64,000 bases of DNA from an uncultured Planctomycetota bacterium (GTDB lineage Bacteria > Planctomycetota > Planctomycetia > Gemmatales > Gemmataceae). The notes under the pieces were generated by a model. The model was given only the letters and a program-made list of their open reading frames with translations. It searched no databases and was not told where the DNA came from. The stretch covers positions 224,001 through 288,000 of the forward strand of contig CAWKHF010000012.1 of assembly GCA_963849325.1 (NCBI GenBank), written 5' to 3'. Positions 30,901 to 41,340 of the stretch are shown in pieces; position 1 is the first letter of the stretch; every line of letters starts with the position of its first letter. A program made the position numbers and the translations under genes.

Positions 30901-33731
30901 TGATAGCGGCGTCGCGGTCGTTGCCGGCGTCCTGGACAACGCTGTTGTAGTCGTTCTGGGCGTTGCTATTGGCCTGGTCGAAGGCGCTTTGCAGTTGGTT
31001 GGTCTGATCGTTGTAGGCGTTTTGGGCGTCGGAGATGGCGGTGTTGTAGTCGTCCTCGGCCTGGCCCTGGACGGTGTTGTAGGTGTCGTTGGCTTGTTGG
31101 GTGGCCTGGTCGCTGGTGGCCTGGGCGGCGGTGGCGGCATCGTCGTAGGCAGAGTCGGCGGCGTCCTCGGCGGTCTGCCGGTCTTGGGCCGACTGGTTGG
31201 TGGCATCGGTGTAGGTTTGGCCGGCGGCGGCGACGGCTTGATCGTAAGCCGTTTGCGCAGCGGCGACAGTTTGGTCGTGGCTGGTCTGGTTGGCGGCGAG
31301 GGCGTTGTTGTAATCCTGGTCGGCCTGGTCCTGAGCCGCCTGCTCGGTGGCCGCGTCGCTGGCGACGGTCTGGTTGTAGGTGTTATCGGCGGTGTCGTAG
31401 GCGTTTTGCAGGTTGGCCTGGACGGTGTTCATCTGGTCGTTGAGGGTGGCCTCGGCCTGCTGATTGGCGGCATCGTCGGCGGTCTGGGCGGACTGCGTGG
31501 CGGCCTGAACGTTGGGATCCTGGGAGAAGTCGGGCACGGTGGTGGCGGCTTGGTCGTCCGGGCCGTTGGCGTAGTCGGCCTCGGCGGCGTTGGCGGCCTG
31601 GTCGAAGGTGGCCTGGTTCTGATCGCCGCTGGTCTGGGCAGCGGCGTCGGCTTGCGTCTCGGTCGCCGTGGCGGCGGACTCGGCGTCGGCGTCGGTCTGG
31701 GCGAGTTGCTGCTGCGCTTGCTGGTCCGCTTGCTGCTCGGCTTGGTCGGCGTTGTCGAGGGCGTTCTGCAAGGTCTGCTGATCGGCGGCATCGCGGCTGG
31801 TGTTGGCGGCGTCGGCGGCGGTGCTGCTGTCGTCGAGGGCTTGCTGCAGGGTGCTGGTCTGGTCGCTCAGTTGTTGATCGTCGCTCTGGGTGCGATTCTG
31901 GTAGGCGGTGTCGGCGGCGTTGGTGCTGGCCTCGTCGGTGGCGTCGGCGTCGGCCTTGACGGTGTTATAGGTATCGTTGGCCGTGTCCACGCTGGTGTTG
32001 TACTGCTGGTCGGAGGAGTCGGCGGCGGTGTTGTACTGAGCGACGGCGGCTTGGGTGTCGGTGGCGAGCTGAGTGGCGTCGTCCTGGGTGGCTTGGTTGT
32101 AGGCGTCGTCGGCGGCTTGCGTGGCGGCGTCGGCGGCGGTGTTGTCGTTGGCCAGCGTTTGCGTGAAGTTCTGGTCGGCGGTTTGTCCGCTGGTCTGGTA
32201 GCCCTGATCGATGCTGCTTTCCTGTTGGCTAAGGTTGTCGTTGAGGGCGGAGATGGTCTGCTGCTCTTGCTGATCGTCGGCAGCGGCGTCGTTGGTGAGG
32301 GTTTGCTGATCGTTCTGGACTTCCTGGATCACGGTGGGATCACTGGAGAACGTCATCGACCTCGGTAGAGCCGTAGTCGGTGGGGTCGGACTGACCAGGG
32401 TCGGGCGGACCATACAGATCCAGCGTCTCCGTGCCATCGGATGAATCGGAGGAATCGGTGGCGTCTGCTGTGCCCGCCGTGGTGTTATCGGCGGCGCTGC
32501 TGTCCGCGGGCGTCGAGGAGGCGGGGTCGGTGCCATCGGTTGAATCGCTGGAGTCGGCGAGGGACATCGGCGCCATCGTGGATGTTCCCGCCGCGGCGGA
32601 GGATGCCGAGGTCTTGCCGGCCTTGGGGTCGGTGGTCGAAGTGGGGACGGCGGGCGGGTCGCCGATAGCTGCCGAGTGGGGCGTCGGCGGCGGCAGGAGA
32701 GCGGGGCTGGCGGTGGGAGGCAGCGTAGTGGTGTGCGCCGGCGTGCCTTGAGGCAGGCGAGGCAGGCTTGAGCCAGTAGGAGCCGGAGTGTTGGCCCCGC
32801 GCACATCGGCGATGACCTGCGTCAGTCCAGACAATGCCTGGCTACTTTTCGTGGGCGGAGGTGGCAGGGTGAAGGCGGGCAGGGCGTGGTTGGCCGCCGG
32901 GCTGGAGGGGGTCGGACTGGTCTGGCTCTGGGTCGGACTGGTATTGGCCTGGCTGCTGCTGTTGAGAGCAACCGTGGCCGGCGTCGAAGGTGCGGCGTTG
33001 GCGCCATTCTGGGCCAGCAGGGTGTTCCAGTTCGGATTGCTGCCTCCTCCTCCTCCACCGCCTCCGCCGCTACCGCCGCCGGCGTTGGGCGTGCTGCTGC
33101 CGCCGGGACCGCCACCGCCGCCGGTGTCATTGTTAGGGTTGGACGGCGGTGCCGATGGAGGCGGCGAAGAGGACCGTGTGGGAGGCGGCGTCAAGGCAAG
33201 GTCTGTATCATCCGTCAGCGTCGGAGCGAAGGAGAGCGGCTGGGTGCTGCTGCTGGTGTTGTCGGTCGATGGGTTCTCCTGCTCAGGCGTGGAGGTGGCG
33301 GATTGGTCAGCTGCCGCCGGCTGTTTCAGGAGCAGCCAGGTCCAATAGTCCGGCGCGGACGAGGTCGAGGCGAGGTCCACCCCGGCGTCGGCGTTTTCTT
33401 GCGGCGGTAGTGAGACCGCAACGATGTCGGCATCCGCGTTGACTTCCGCATTCGCCGTCGGCGTTGGCTGAGAGGTGGCCAGCATGGGCGGGGGCGGGGC
33501 CAAGTTCGCCAGGCTCGACAGGAGTAACGGTGTGATGGCTTCGCCGGGCAGATCGCGCGAGGACAACGGCTCCAGCATCGGCCGCGAGGACCGCCGAGAC
33601 GTGGGGATGGCAGCGCGCCGCAGTCGTGGGCGATGACAGGTTTGCCGCAGGGCTTGATACAAATGAGTCGTAGTCCGTCCAACGTGCCAGATGGCCAGAC
33701 GCATCCAGCGACAACGCTGTCTCGGAGGCAT
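27926..33731 (-). CDS. Full-length polymorphic toxin carrier (~1,900 aa); four apparent frameshifts near 32350, 29212, 28570 and 28138
   Basis: Joins ORFs 32340..33731, 28721..32806, 28515..29162, 28084..28779 and 27926..28132. The breaks at 29212 and 28570 read through in the orphan copies. Order: RPMLEPLSSRDLP, S/T/P/G linker, A/D/Q/T stalk, hydrophobic segment, TGEDLATG, ParB-like tip. Confidence 0.8.
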
Positions 33732-33821
33732 GAAAGATCCTCTCCGCGGCTGTGCGGTGATCGTTAGGCCGCGATCGTCTTCGTCACCCGTTCAACTGAC
33801 CTGTCTTGGACACAGGGGAGG

Positions 33822-33880
33822 ATTCTAGGTGCGCCGAAGATTACTGTCTAGTAATAAATTACATTTTCGCAAGAAAATTC
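33822..33880 (-). promoter_or_regulatory. Sigma70-type promoter of the toxin array with AT-rich UP element
   Basis: Minus strand TAGACA (33850-33845)-N17-TAGAAT (33827-33822); AT-rich tract 33851-33880. Confidence 0.65.
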
Positions 33881-33962
33881 GGGGCTATCGACCGGATTGC
33901 GAGTCGGTCCTCGCCGCACGGCAACGGAGTTGGAACCCGGCCCCGATACGCCACGACGACCT

Positions 33963-34655
33963 TCAGGTGACGTGTTCCCAGCGCACTCCCGTGACGGTCG
34001 GCTCGATGTTCAGCCGCGACATCAGGTCTTCCATGGCGCGATCGTCGCGGCGAAGCGAGAAGACGTCGGCCACCACGGCCGTCTTGTCGGGATGGTCGGC
34101 GTCCTGCGTGGCGATACCCTGGATGGTCATGCCCGGATGCGTGTTGACGTGCCGCAGGAGAATGGTGCGAATGATGCCCTCGTGCTTCTGATCGCACAGG
34201 ACGCGCAGTCGATAGAACGTCTCGGCGCTGGCGGACATGCGGACGCGCGAGTCGATCCAGCGTGCGATCGGCCGCAAGCCGAGGTGCAGGACGAGGACGG
34301 CGCAGGTGCCGATGAGAGCGTGCAAGGGATAGCCGGCGCCGGACAGCGTGCCGATGGCGGCGCTGCACCACAAGGTGGCGGCGGTGGCCATGCCCTTGAC
34401 GTTGAGGCCTTCGCGCAGGATGACGCCGCCGCCAAGGAAACCGACGCCGCTGACGATGTACGAGGCGATGCGCGTCGGGCTGTCGCGGTCGCCCAGCAGG
34501 TGCGTCAGCGACACGAACAGGGCGGCGCCGACACAAACCAGGGCGTTGGTGCGCAGGCCGGCCGGGTGCTGGCGGAACTGACGCTCCAGGCCGATTGCGA
34601 CGCCCAGAAGCAGGGCGACAAGGATGCGCAGGGTGAAGGAGAATGTGTCCATCAT
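33963..34655 (-). CDS. mgtC: MgtC/SapB-family membrane protein
   Basis: IGLERQ...AGLRTNALV...RIASYIVSGVGFLGGGVI...TAATLWCSAAIG, plus ACT-like C-terminus. Confidence 0.9.
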   Translation of the reverse strand: MMDTFSFTLRILVALLLGVAIGLERQFRQHPAGLRTNALVCVGAALFVSLTHLLGDRDSPTRIASYIVSGVGFLGGGVILREGLNVKGMATAATLWCSAAIGTLSGAGYPLHALIGTCAVLVLHLGLRPIARWIDSRVRMSASAETFYRLRVLCDQKHEGIIRTILLRHVNTHPGMTIQGIATQDADHPDKTAVVADVFSLRRDDRAMEDLMSRLNIEPTVTGVRWEHVT

Positions 34656-34661
34656 TGGCTC

Positions 34662-34782
34662 CCCAAAGAGCCTCACGCCAAGGCGCAAAGAACGCAAAGG
34701 AAAAGAGAAGGAAGACCCAAGTGACGCGCGCTTATTTTATCTTTCTTTGCGTTCTTTGCGCCTTGGCGTGAGGCTCTTTGGG
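34662..34782. repeat. REP-like palindrome (cgcaaag family)
   Basis: cccaaagagcctcacgccaaggcgcaaagaacgcaaag with its reverse complement; similar element at 38787-38896. Confidence 0.8.
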
Positions 34783-36754
34783 TTAGGTCCGCGGAAACAC
34801 CCGGATCGGTTCCCGATGCAGATCGTGTGCTGACAACATATCCGCATCGGCCGACGCCTCCCACACACGCATCACCCGCAGACCGGCGACGGGACATTCG
34901 TGTCCCGGCCGGCTCTGGTAGCCCTCCTCCGACGCCACTTCCCATTCGACGCGCGGCCGCAGACGGGCATCGTAGATCACCAACCCCGGTCCCACGGCGG
35001 AACGAGCGATCAGCAGATCCCCGCCGCCGAACACGTCCTCCAGGCGAAAACGTTGCCTCAGAGGTGTGAAGTCGAATTGCCGCCAAGAACGCCCGGACGC
35101 TGCCGGGTGTGGTACGGAGAAAAACGAAGTCGGCGGCGGCTCGCCGGGCGTCCGCCAACGACACCGTACCCGGTCGAACGGCGCCGCCGATCGCGTCCAG
35201 GGGCAGACCATGCACCTCGGGAGGATCGAGCGCAAGCGACGCTTCGGCGGCGCGCAACCGCTCGCGCGCGATGGAGGCGCTGAACGCCTCGGCGGAGAGC
35301 AGCAACGTGCCGTCCGGCTCGGTGGCGGCCTTTCCGACGCCGAGCGGACGATCCAGGAAAACCGCCAGCCCCAGCTCGCGCCATTCGTCGGGGTGCTGGA
35401 GATCGAGCAGGCTTTGACGCAGCAGACCGGCGGCCTGGGGACCGAGTCGGTGCGACAGGGGATCCTCGGCGTACAGGCGCCGCGTCCTCCGGGCGGGCTG
35501 CATGATCTGCTCCTCGGGAACGCGCGGGTGGCTCGCCGGCAGGACGCGAGTGTTCTCGCCGGGTGAGGTCGGCAGGTCCGGAACGGGATGTCCTTCGTAA
35601 CGGCGGCGCAGCAGCCAGCCCTGGCGCAGAGCGCGGCGACGGAGACGCTTGCGCCGCTGGATCGGTTCGCTGTCCTCCGCCGCGTCCGCGAACAGCTCGG
35701 GCCGACGTTCGAGGATCGTCAGGTATTCCTTCAGCACGGCGTCGAGCAGCAGGGCGTCGGGGTAATTGGCGCCACGATGATGAAAGACGACGAGGTCGTA
35801 AGCGGTCAGGTGCCGGCCGAGGTGCCGCAGCAAGTAACTCAGGAAATCAACCACTTCATCCGTCTGAAATAGACCGCATTCTTCGAGGGTGCGCAGGAAG
35901 AGCAGCGTTTTCTCGACCAGATCGGTATACGGTGACAGCGAAACTTCATTGAACAGCGTCCGCAGCAGGGTGGACAGGTCGGCCGTCGTCCGGTCGAGCT
36001 CCGACCAGCGGCGGACGAACGCCGTGGCGGCGTCCACCATCTCCGTGGCCGGCGCCGCGTGCAAGAACGTCTCCAGCAGGCGGGCCTGTTCGCGCAGGTT
36101 CACGGGCGGCGACAGCATGTCCGCCACCAGCTCGCGCCAGGTACGCGGGGTCTCGGCCGCGTCCGGGGCGGCGAGGCGATGGCAGTAGAAAAGTTGACCG
36201 AATGAGAAAGCCGGCAGCGGCGTCTCGACCGAAGCCAGGGGTAGCCGAGACGTGCCGACGACCGCCTGAAAGAGCCGGCACGCCAACTCGTCGCGCAGCT
36301 CGTCGAGGTCGGCGAAACGGTCGAGGCCAATCGTACCCACCAGTTCGCGGACCCACTTGCGCCGCTCCCGGCTTTGGTAGACGTTTCCGCCCGCGTCATA
36401 GCCTTCCCAGACATAACTATCCAGGCCGCGGACGACGTGCAGCCGTCCACCGTCCGCGTCGAGCTTCAGAGCCAGCAACGGTTCTCCCGATCTCTCTCCA
36501 TTCGGGGCGGTCCTCTGATATGTGTTCCACGCCTCGAAGGAACGCCGCTCGCGGGTGTGTGCCGGGTCGAGAAGCCGGCCCTGAAAGATCTCCCACACCA
36601 GCTCTTCGGAGGCGACGTGTTCCCACTCCAGCGCGAGGTCCGGACCCAGAAAGAAATGCGCCGGCCGAAACATCTCCGCAATCAGTCCACGCACGGCCTC
36701 CAGCCCGACCGGATCGCCGGGCGCATCAGCCGAGCGTGTACGGAAGCGAGGCAT
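34783..36754 (-). CDS. Conserved hypothetical protein, frameshift near 35080
   Basis: Protein-like ORF 34673..36781 whose plausible C-terminus (FDFTPLRQRF...) lies in ORF 34783..35235. Confidence 0.6.
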
Positions 36755-36893
36755 GACGGCTTCTCCGCTATCGCGGACCAAACGAGTGTCGAGAGTGACG
36801 CCTCATTGTACCATCGGCGAACGCGGTGGACTTCTTGCTTGCAGGGACTCGGCCGGAACGCCATACTACCGGGGTCCGTGGGCGAGAAACCCT

Positions 36894-36945
36894 TCCGAGC
36901 CGAAAGCGTCCGAACGATCCTCTTCGCTGACGCTTCCGGCTCGGA
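36894..36945. repeat. REP-like palindrome (ccgagcc family)
   Basis: tccgagccgaaagcgtc...gacgcttccggctcgga. Confidence 0.65.
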
Positions 36946-36981
36946 CGAAAACAGTTGGTCCCTTCACGAAGGAGCCTCTCG

Positions 36982-38778
36982 ATGCGGCATCATTATGCGT
37001 TCGCCTTCTCGCTGGTGCTGGCCCCCGGCCTGGTCCGAGGGGCGGAGGACGTTCCCGAACGACTGCTGCCGGCCTCGACGCAGATTTACCTGCGTTGGGA
37101 CGGCATCGACGCCCACAAGGCCGCCTACGGCAAGACCGGCCTCGGCCAGATGATGAAGGGCGATACCGGCCGCTTTGTGGCCGGCCTGTTCGACAAATTG
37201 CAGACCAGCGCCGGCGCCCTGTTGACCGTCGAATCGCTGCGGCGCGGCGAAGACCCCAAGACCTTGAAACGGATGCAGGCCGACGCCAAGGCGGCGGCCA
37301 CGCTCTTTCCGCGGATCGGCCAAAACGGCTTCATCCTCGCCGGCGAACTGCGCCGGCTCGATCCACCGGAGGCACAGGTCTTTCTCATCCTGCCCGGCAT
37401 GGGCGACAATCCCGAACCGCTGTTCGGCGCCCTGCGGCTGGCCATCGGTCTGGCTCAGGGGAAGGTCCAGGAGCGGAAAATCGCCGGGCGAACGGTCGCC
37501 GGCATCGATCTGGCGCCGATCCACCTGGCCTGGTGGGTCGAGGGCAAGCACGCGGTCGTCTCCATCGGCACCGACAAGCCGGAAACGGTCGTCCAGAACA
37601 TGACCGCCGCCGACCGGACGCCGCTGACGGATAGCCCTTTGTTTAAGCGCCTCGCCGGCTTCCACAAGTTCGAGACCAGCGCCCGCGCCTTCGTGGACGT
37701 GGCCGCCTTCGTCAAGATGGGCGCCGAGCGCAACAAGGACGTCGCCAAGCTGCTCGACGAACTCGGCCTGAGCGGACTGCGGAGCCTGGTGATGTATTCG
37801 GGTTTCGAGGGTCGCGCCGAGCGCGGCCTGGTCGAATGGGACGTGCCCGGACCACGAAAGGGGCTGCTGGCCCTGCTGAGCGGCAAGTCCTTCCAGCTGG
37901 GCGATGTGCCGCCGCTGCCGCCCGACGTGGTCAGCTGGTCCATGACTAACTTCGACAGCGCCGCCTTTTACGACACCGCCTACCAGGCCGCCGAACAGAT
38001 TGTCCGCCTCGTCTCGCCGGACGACGTGCCCAAGGTCAAGGAGTTCCGCAAACAGGCCAACGATCTGCTCGGCGTGGACATTCGCAAGGACCTGCTCGGA
38101 TCGCTAGGCGATCGCTTCGCTTATTACACCTCGCCCGCCGACGGGCCGTTCACCCTGGGCCAGACCGTACTCTTCCAGATCAAGGACGCCGGCAAACTGC
38201 TGACGACGCTGGAGCAGATCATCAAGAGCCTCGGCACGGCGGCGGGCAAACAGGTGCGCATCAAGAAGCGCGACTATCGCGGCATCATGGTCCACGAAGT
38301 TTACGTGCAGCAGCAGGGCTTTATCCTCGTGCCAAGCTACGCCGTCTGCAAAGACTGGCTCGTCGTCGGATTTTACCCGCAAGCCGTGCAGGCGTTCATC
38401 CAGCGCAGCAAGGGCGAGATGACGGTGTGGAAACCGTCGCCGGTCGTTCGGGATTCGCTCGACAAGCTGCCGAAAAAGTTCATCTCCATCTCGTACACCG
38501 ATCCGCGGCCTTCGTTGACGCAGTTGTTGTCGATCGCCCCGCTCATCGGCGGTACGGTGAGCAGTCTGAATCCGCAGCTGAACTTCGAGGTCGGCAGTCT
38601 GCCGAGTACGCAGGAGGTGACCAAACACTTGTTCCCGAACGTGTCCGTCACCAGCGACGACGGCAAGACGCTGCGTCAGGACAGCCGTGACTCGCTGGCC
38701 CTGCCGTTCGACATCACCGGGCTGGACACGTACAGCCTGTTCATTCTGTTCACCGTGTTCCGAGGATTCGCTGGCTAA
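36982..38778 (+). CDS. Exported hypothetical protein (DUF3352-like)
   Basis: RBS aaggag, signal peptide, ERLLPASTQIYL start motif, ~598 aa. Confidence 0.65.
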   Translation: MRHHYAFAFSLVLAPGLVRGAEDVPERLLPASTQIYLRWDGIDAHKAAYGKTGLGQMMKGDTGRFVAGLFDKLQTSAGALLTVESLRRGEDPKTLKRMQADAKAAATLFPRIGQNGFILAGELRRLDPPEAQVFLILPGMGDNPEPLFGALRLAIGLAQGKVQERKIAGRTVAGIDLAPIHLAWWVEGKHAVVSIGTDKPETVVQNMTAADRTPLTDSPLFKRLAGFHKFETSARAFVDVAAFVKMGAERNKDVAKLLDELGLSGLRSLVMYSGFEGRAERGLVEWDVPGPRKGLLALLSGKSFQLGDVPPLPPDVVSWSMTNFDSAAFYDTAYQAAEQIVRLVSPDDVPKVKEFRKQANDLLGVDIRKDLLGSLGDRFAYYTSPADGPFTLGQTVLFQIKDAGKLLTTLEQIIKSLGTAAGKQVRIKKRDYRGIMVHEVYVQQQGFILVPSYAVCKDWLVVGFYPQAVQAFIQRSKGEMTVWKPSPVVRDSLDKLPKKFISISYTDPRPSLTQLLSIAPLIGGTVSSLNPQLNFEVGSLPSTQEVTKHLFPNVSVTSDDGKTLRQDSRDSLALPFDITGLDTYSLFILFTVFRGFAG

Positions 38779-38786
38779 CAAGAAGA

Positions 38787-38896
38787 GCCTCACGCAAAGG
38801 CGCAAAGAACGCCAAGAAAGACAAGAGGAAAAGGAGAACGTCAGGTTCTTGCTTTCCTTTTCTTCTCTTTGCGTTCTTTGCGCCTTTGCGTGAGGC
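38787..38896. repeat. REP-like palindrome (cgcaaag family)
   Basis: gcctcacgcaaaggcgcaaagaacgc...gcgttctttgcgcctttgcgtgaggc. Confidence 0.8.
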
Positions 38897-39005
38897 CCTT
38901 CTTTTTTTCGACTCCGGTTGACACCATCGCCGCGAAAGGTAACATCTTCCGCTCTCCCTTGCCGTCGCACCTCTGCCTCCTCCCTCTCCCTTGCGAGGAC
39001 AAGCG

Positions 39006-39959
39006 ATGCGACGACGAACCTTGTTGCTCACCCTGGCCTGGCTGAGTAGCGCCCCGCTGTGCGGACAGCCGATTAAGGAATTGCGCGGCCATAGCGCTCC
39101 GGTGTACGCCGTCGCCTTCCGGCCCGATGGCGGCCGCATGGCCTCGGCCAGCTTCGACCACACCATCAAGGTCTGGGACGTGGACCGTGGCCGACTGGTC
39201 CGCACCTTCGTCGGCCACACGGCCCAGGTGTTGACGCTGGCCTATAGCACCGACGGCCGGCAGCTCGCCTCCGCGGGACTGGACGGCACCATTCGGCTGT
39301 GGGACGCCGCTTCCGGCCGCGCCGTCGCCTTTCTGAACAGCCGTAATCAGTGCGTTCAGGGCATCGCCTTCACGCCGGACGGACGCCACCTGATCGCCTG
39401 CGGCGAGACCGGCACTGTGGAAGTGTGGCGGACCTCGGAAGGCGTCCGGGAGCGGTCGATCTCGGTCGAACTGTCGCCGGTGCCGCTATACGCGGTGGCC
39501 GTCTCGCCAGACGGCCGTTTGCTAGCCCTGGGAGGTCTGGACGGCCGGATTCACGTGTTGGATCTCATGACAGGCCAACCGCGGCGCACCCTGGAAGGAC
39601 ATGCGGATGCCGTCTACAGCCTGGCTTTCTCTCCCGAGGATGGCGCTCTGCTGTCCGGCTCCGGCGACCGGACGCTGCGCCGCTGGGACGTGACGACGGG
39701 GAAGCAACGGGACTGCCTCGACGGGCACGATGGGGCGGTGTACCAGGTCGGCTACAGTCCCGATGGCCGGCGTCTTCTCTCGGCGGGGACGGACGGAGAA
39801 GTGATGATCTGGGATGCCGGCAGCGGCGTCCTCTTGCACCGCCATCGCTTCCCCGGCAAGGCGCTTTGTGCTGCTTTCACTCCCGACGGGCGGCGCGTCG
39901 CGGCGGGCAGCGGACAGACCGGCTGCTATCTGCTGGAGCTGCCGCGGCACCTCCGCTAG
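39006..39959 (+). CDS. WD40-repeat protein
   Basis: Seven GH..V..VAF.PDG..LAS...D.TI..WD repeats; N-terminal signal-like segment. Confidence 0.92.
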   Translation: MRRRTLLLTLAWLSSAPLCGQPIKELRGHSAPVYAVAFRPDGGRMASASFDHTIKVWDVDRGRLVRTFVGHTAQVLTLAYSTDGRQLASAGLDGTIRLWDAASGRAVAFLNSRNQCVQGIAFTPDGRHLIACGETGTVEVWRTSEGVRERSISVELSPVPLYAVAVSPDGRLLALGGLDGRIHVLDLMTGQPRRTLEGHADAVYSLAFSPEDGALLSGSGDRTLRRWDVTTGKQRDCLDGHDGAVYQVGYSPDGRRLLSAGTDGEVMIWDAGSGVLLHRHRFPGKALCAAFTPDGRRVAAGSGQTGCYLLELPRHLR

Positions 39960-39960
39960 G

Positions 39961-40033
39961 TTTCTGTTTAGCCGCGACGCGCAGCGGAGCGCGGGACAGC
40001 CGCGCTCCGCTGCGCGTCGCGGCTAAACAGAAA
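39961..40033. repeat. Perfect palindrome with 34-bp arms between convergent genes (possible bidirectional terminator)
   Basis: tttctgtttagccgcgacgcgcagcggagcgcgg-gacag-ccgcgctccgctgcgcgtcgcggctaaacagaaa. Confidence 0.8.
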
Positions 40034-40048
40034 ACGCGCAACTTCTCC

Positions 40049-40663
40049 CTACGATTTGGTTGAACCGCTCAGATCGACGAAGGTGCCGCCGTTCTCGACC
40101 AGATCTTCGCCAACGGCGCAGGTCCACAGAACGCGCACAACGAAGTCCCATGTTTCCGTCCCATCCGGACTGGGTATGGCGACATGGATTTTCTGCCCCA
40201 GGAACCGCCGCGTGCCAATAAGGCGGATGCCGGTCGCGGACAGATCTCGGCTCATCAGGGTGTATTCGCGCTCGTCCTCGGTTCGGACCCGAACCGGCTG
40301 GACGAAATCGATGCGGTCTTCCTCGCGGCGCTCGACCCGTTGGGCGGCGCTGCGATACTGGCGGATGATCTGCCGGACGGTTTTCTGAACACCGAGCTGC
40401 TGCGACTGCTCGCGGCGCACGCGCTCGCTGACGGGGGCGGTGTAATAATAGCGGCCCTTGCGATAGGCGAGGGCGGGGCGGGCCACGGCCAGCACGTCCT
40501 TCCACAGCGATTCGGACACGCCCGCTTCGCTCAGCACCGTCCGGACCTGACGAGGCAGGATGAATCCCTGACGCTGCGCCTGACGGATGACCAGCTCCGC
40601 GACGCCCTGAAGGTTCGTCGAGATCATGGACCAAGACCCCTTGCCGACGAGGCGCTGAGACAC
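40049..40663 (-). CDS. PilZ-domain protein
   Basis: ERREEDR (RxxxR) and SRDLSATGIRL (DxSxxG) motifs. Confidence 0.75.
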   Translation of the reverse strand: MSQRLVGKGSWSMISTNLQGVAELVIRQAQRQGFILPRQVRTVLSEAGVSESLWKDVLAVARPALAYRKGRYYYTAPVSERVRREQSQQLGVQKTVRQIIRQYRSAAQRVERREEDRIDFVQPVRVRTEDEREYTLMSRDLSATGIRLIGTRRFLGQKIHVAIPSPDGTETWDFVVRVLWTCAVGEDLVENGGTFVDLSGSTKS

Positions 40664-40674
40664 AGTTCCCCAGT

Positions 40675-40708
40675 CGCTTGCGGCTTAGCGAACGCGAAAC
40701 CGCAAGCG
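40675..40708. repeat. Short REP-like palindrome
   Basis: cgcttgcggcttagcg-aa-cgcgaaaccgcaagcg. Confidence 0.55.
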
Positions 40709-40762
40709 GTCAGGAATCCGGCGCAAGTTTAGCACATTTTCCAGCCCGGCGACGGCGGAGGA

Positions 40763-41340
40763 TCAAGGGCGACTGGTGCGGGGTCGTGTGGCCTGTTCGA
40801 GGGCCAGCCGCGCCGCCTCGGCCTCGGTCGCGGCCACGGCTTCGATGCGCCGCGTGAGTCCGGGCTGACCTCCGGGAACCCAGCAGGTAAAGCGCGACTG
40901 GCCATTGGGCAACGCCTCGACGTGGAAACTGACGACGCCCAGTTCCTTGATCCGCGCGTGGATCGCCGGCCAATCAGATGCCGGCGCGGGGGTCGGTCGA
41001 ACGGTCACGCCCAGTTGTTCCGGCGACGGCATGGTCAAGGGCGCCGGACGGGGCCGAACCGGCTCCTCGGGTGCCTGGGCGCGGACCACGGGAGGCGGCT
41101 GCGATGAGGCCGCCGCGCGAGGAGTGGCGCCGCCGGCATCCGCGGGACCGGCGCCGGAGCGTACACCGGCGCGGGATAGACGGGGACATACGTGGGAGCA
41201 GGTATCGGCGAACCGCCGAAAAGAGGGGTGCCACACCCCGCCGGGCCTCACGGCCCGGCGCCGGATCGAGCCGGCAGGGCTAGACTCCAGAACAGCACCG
41301 GCAGACCAATGACAAGCCAGCGATGCGCTTCCTTGCGCAT
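40763..41340 (-). CDS. Exported Pro-rich hypothetical protein with in-frame TGA at codon 31 and a frameshift near 41125
   Basis: GGAGG RBS, then MRKEAHRWLVIGLPVLFWSLALPARSGAGP*GPAGCGTPLFGGSPIPAPTYVPVY...; C-terminus in ORF 40763..41251. Confidence 0.5.

Noticed and set aside
15146-32173. Repeated kb-scale segments as pure mis-assembly
   Set aside because: The copies differ by many substitutions and each leads into a distinct tip with its own coupled gene, as expected for real orphan modules. A strain chimera cannot be fully excluded.
24259-32368. Very long plus-strand Gly/Val/Leu-rich ORFs (24259..26784, 29048..32368; likewise 18457..19845)
   Set aside because: Antisense shadows of the repetitive high-GC stalk gene; no independent features.
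14320-33731. Rhs, CdiA, T6SS or LXG classification; diversity-generating retroelement
   Set aside because: No YD repeats, DPxG motif, haemagglutinin repeats, CdiB, VgrG, PAAR, WXG or reverse transcriptase seen, and variation between copies is not adenine-specific.
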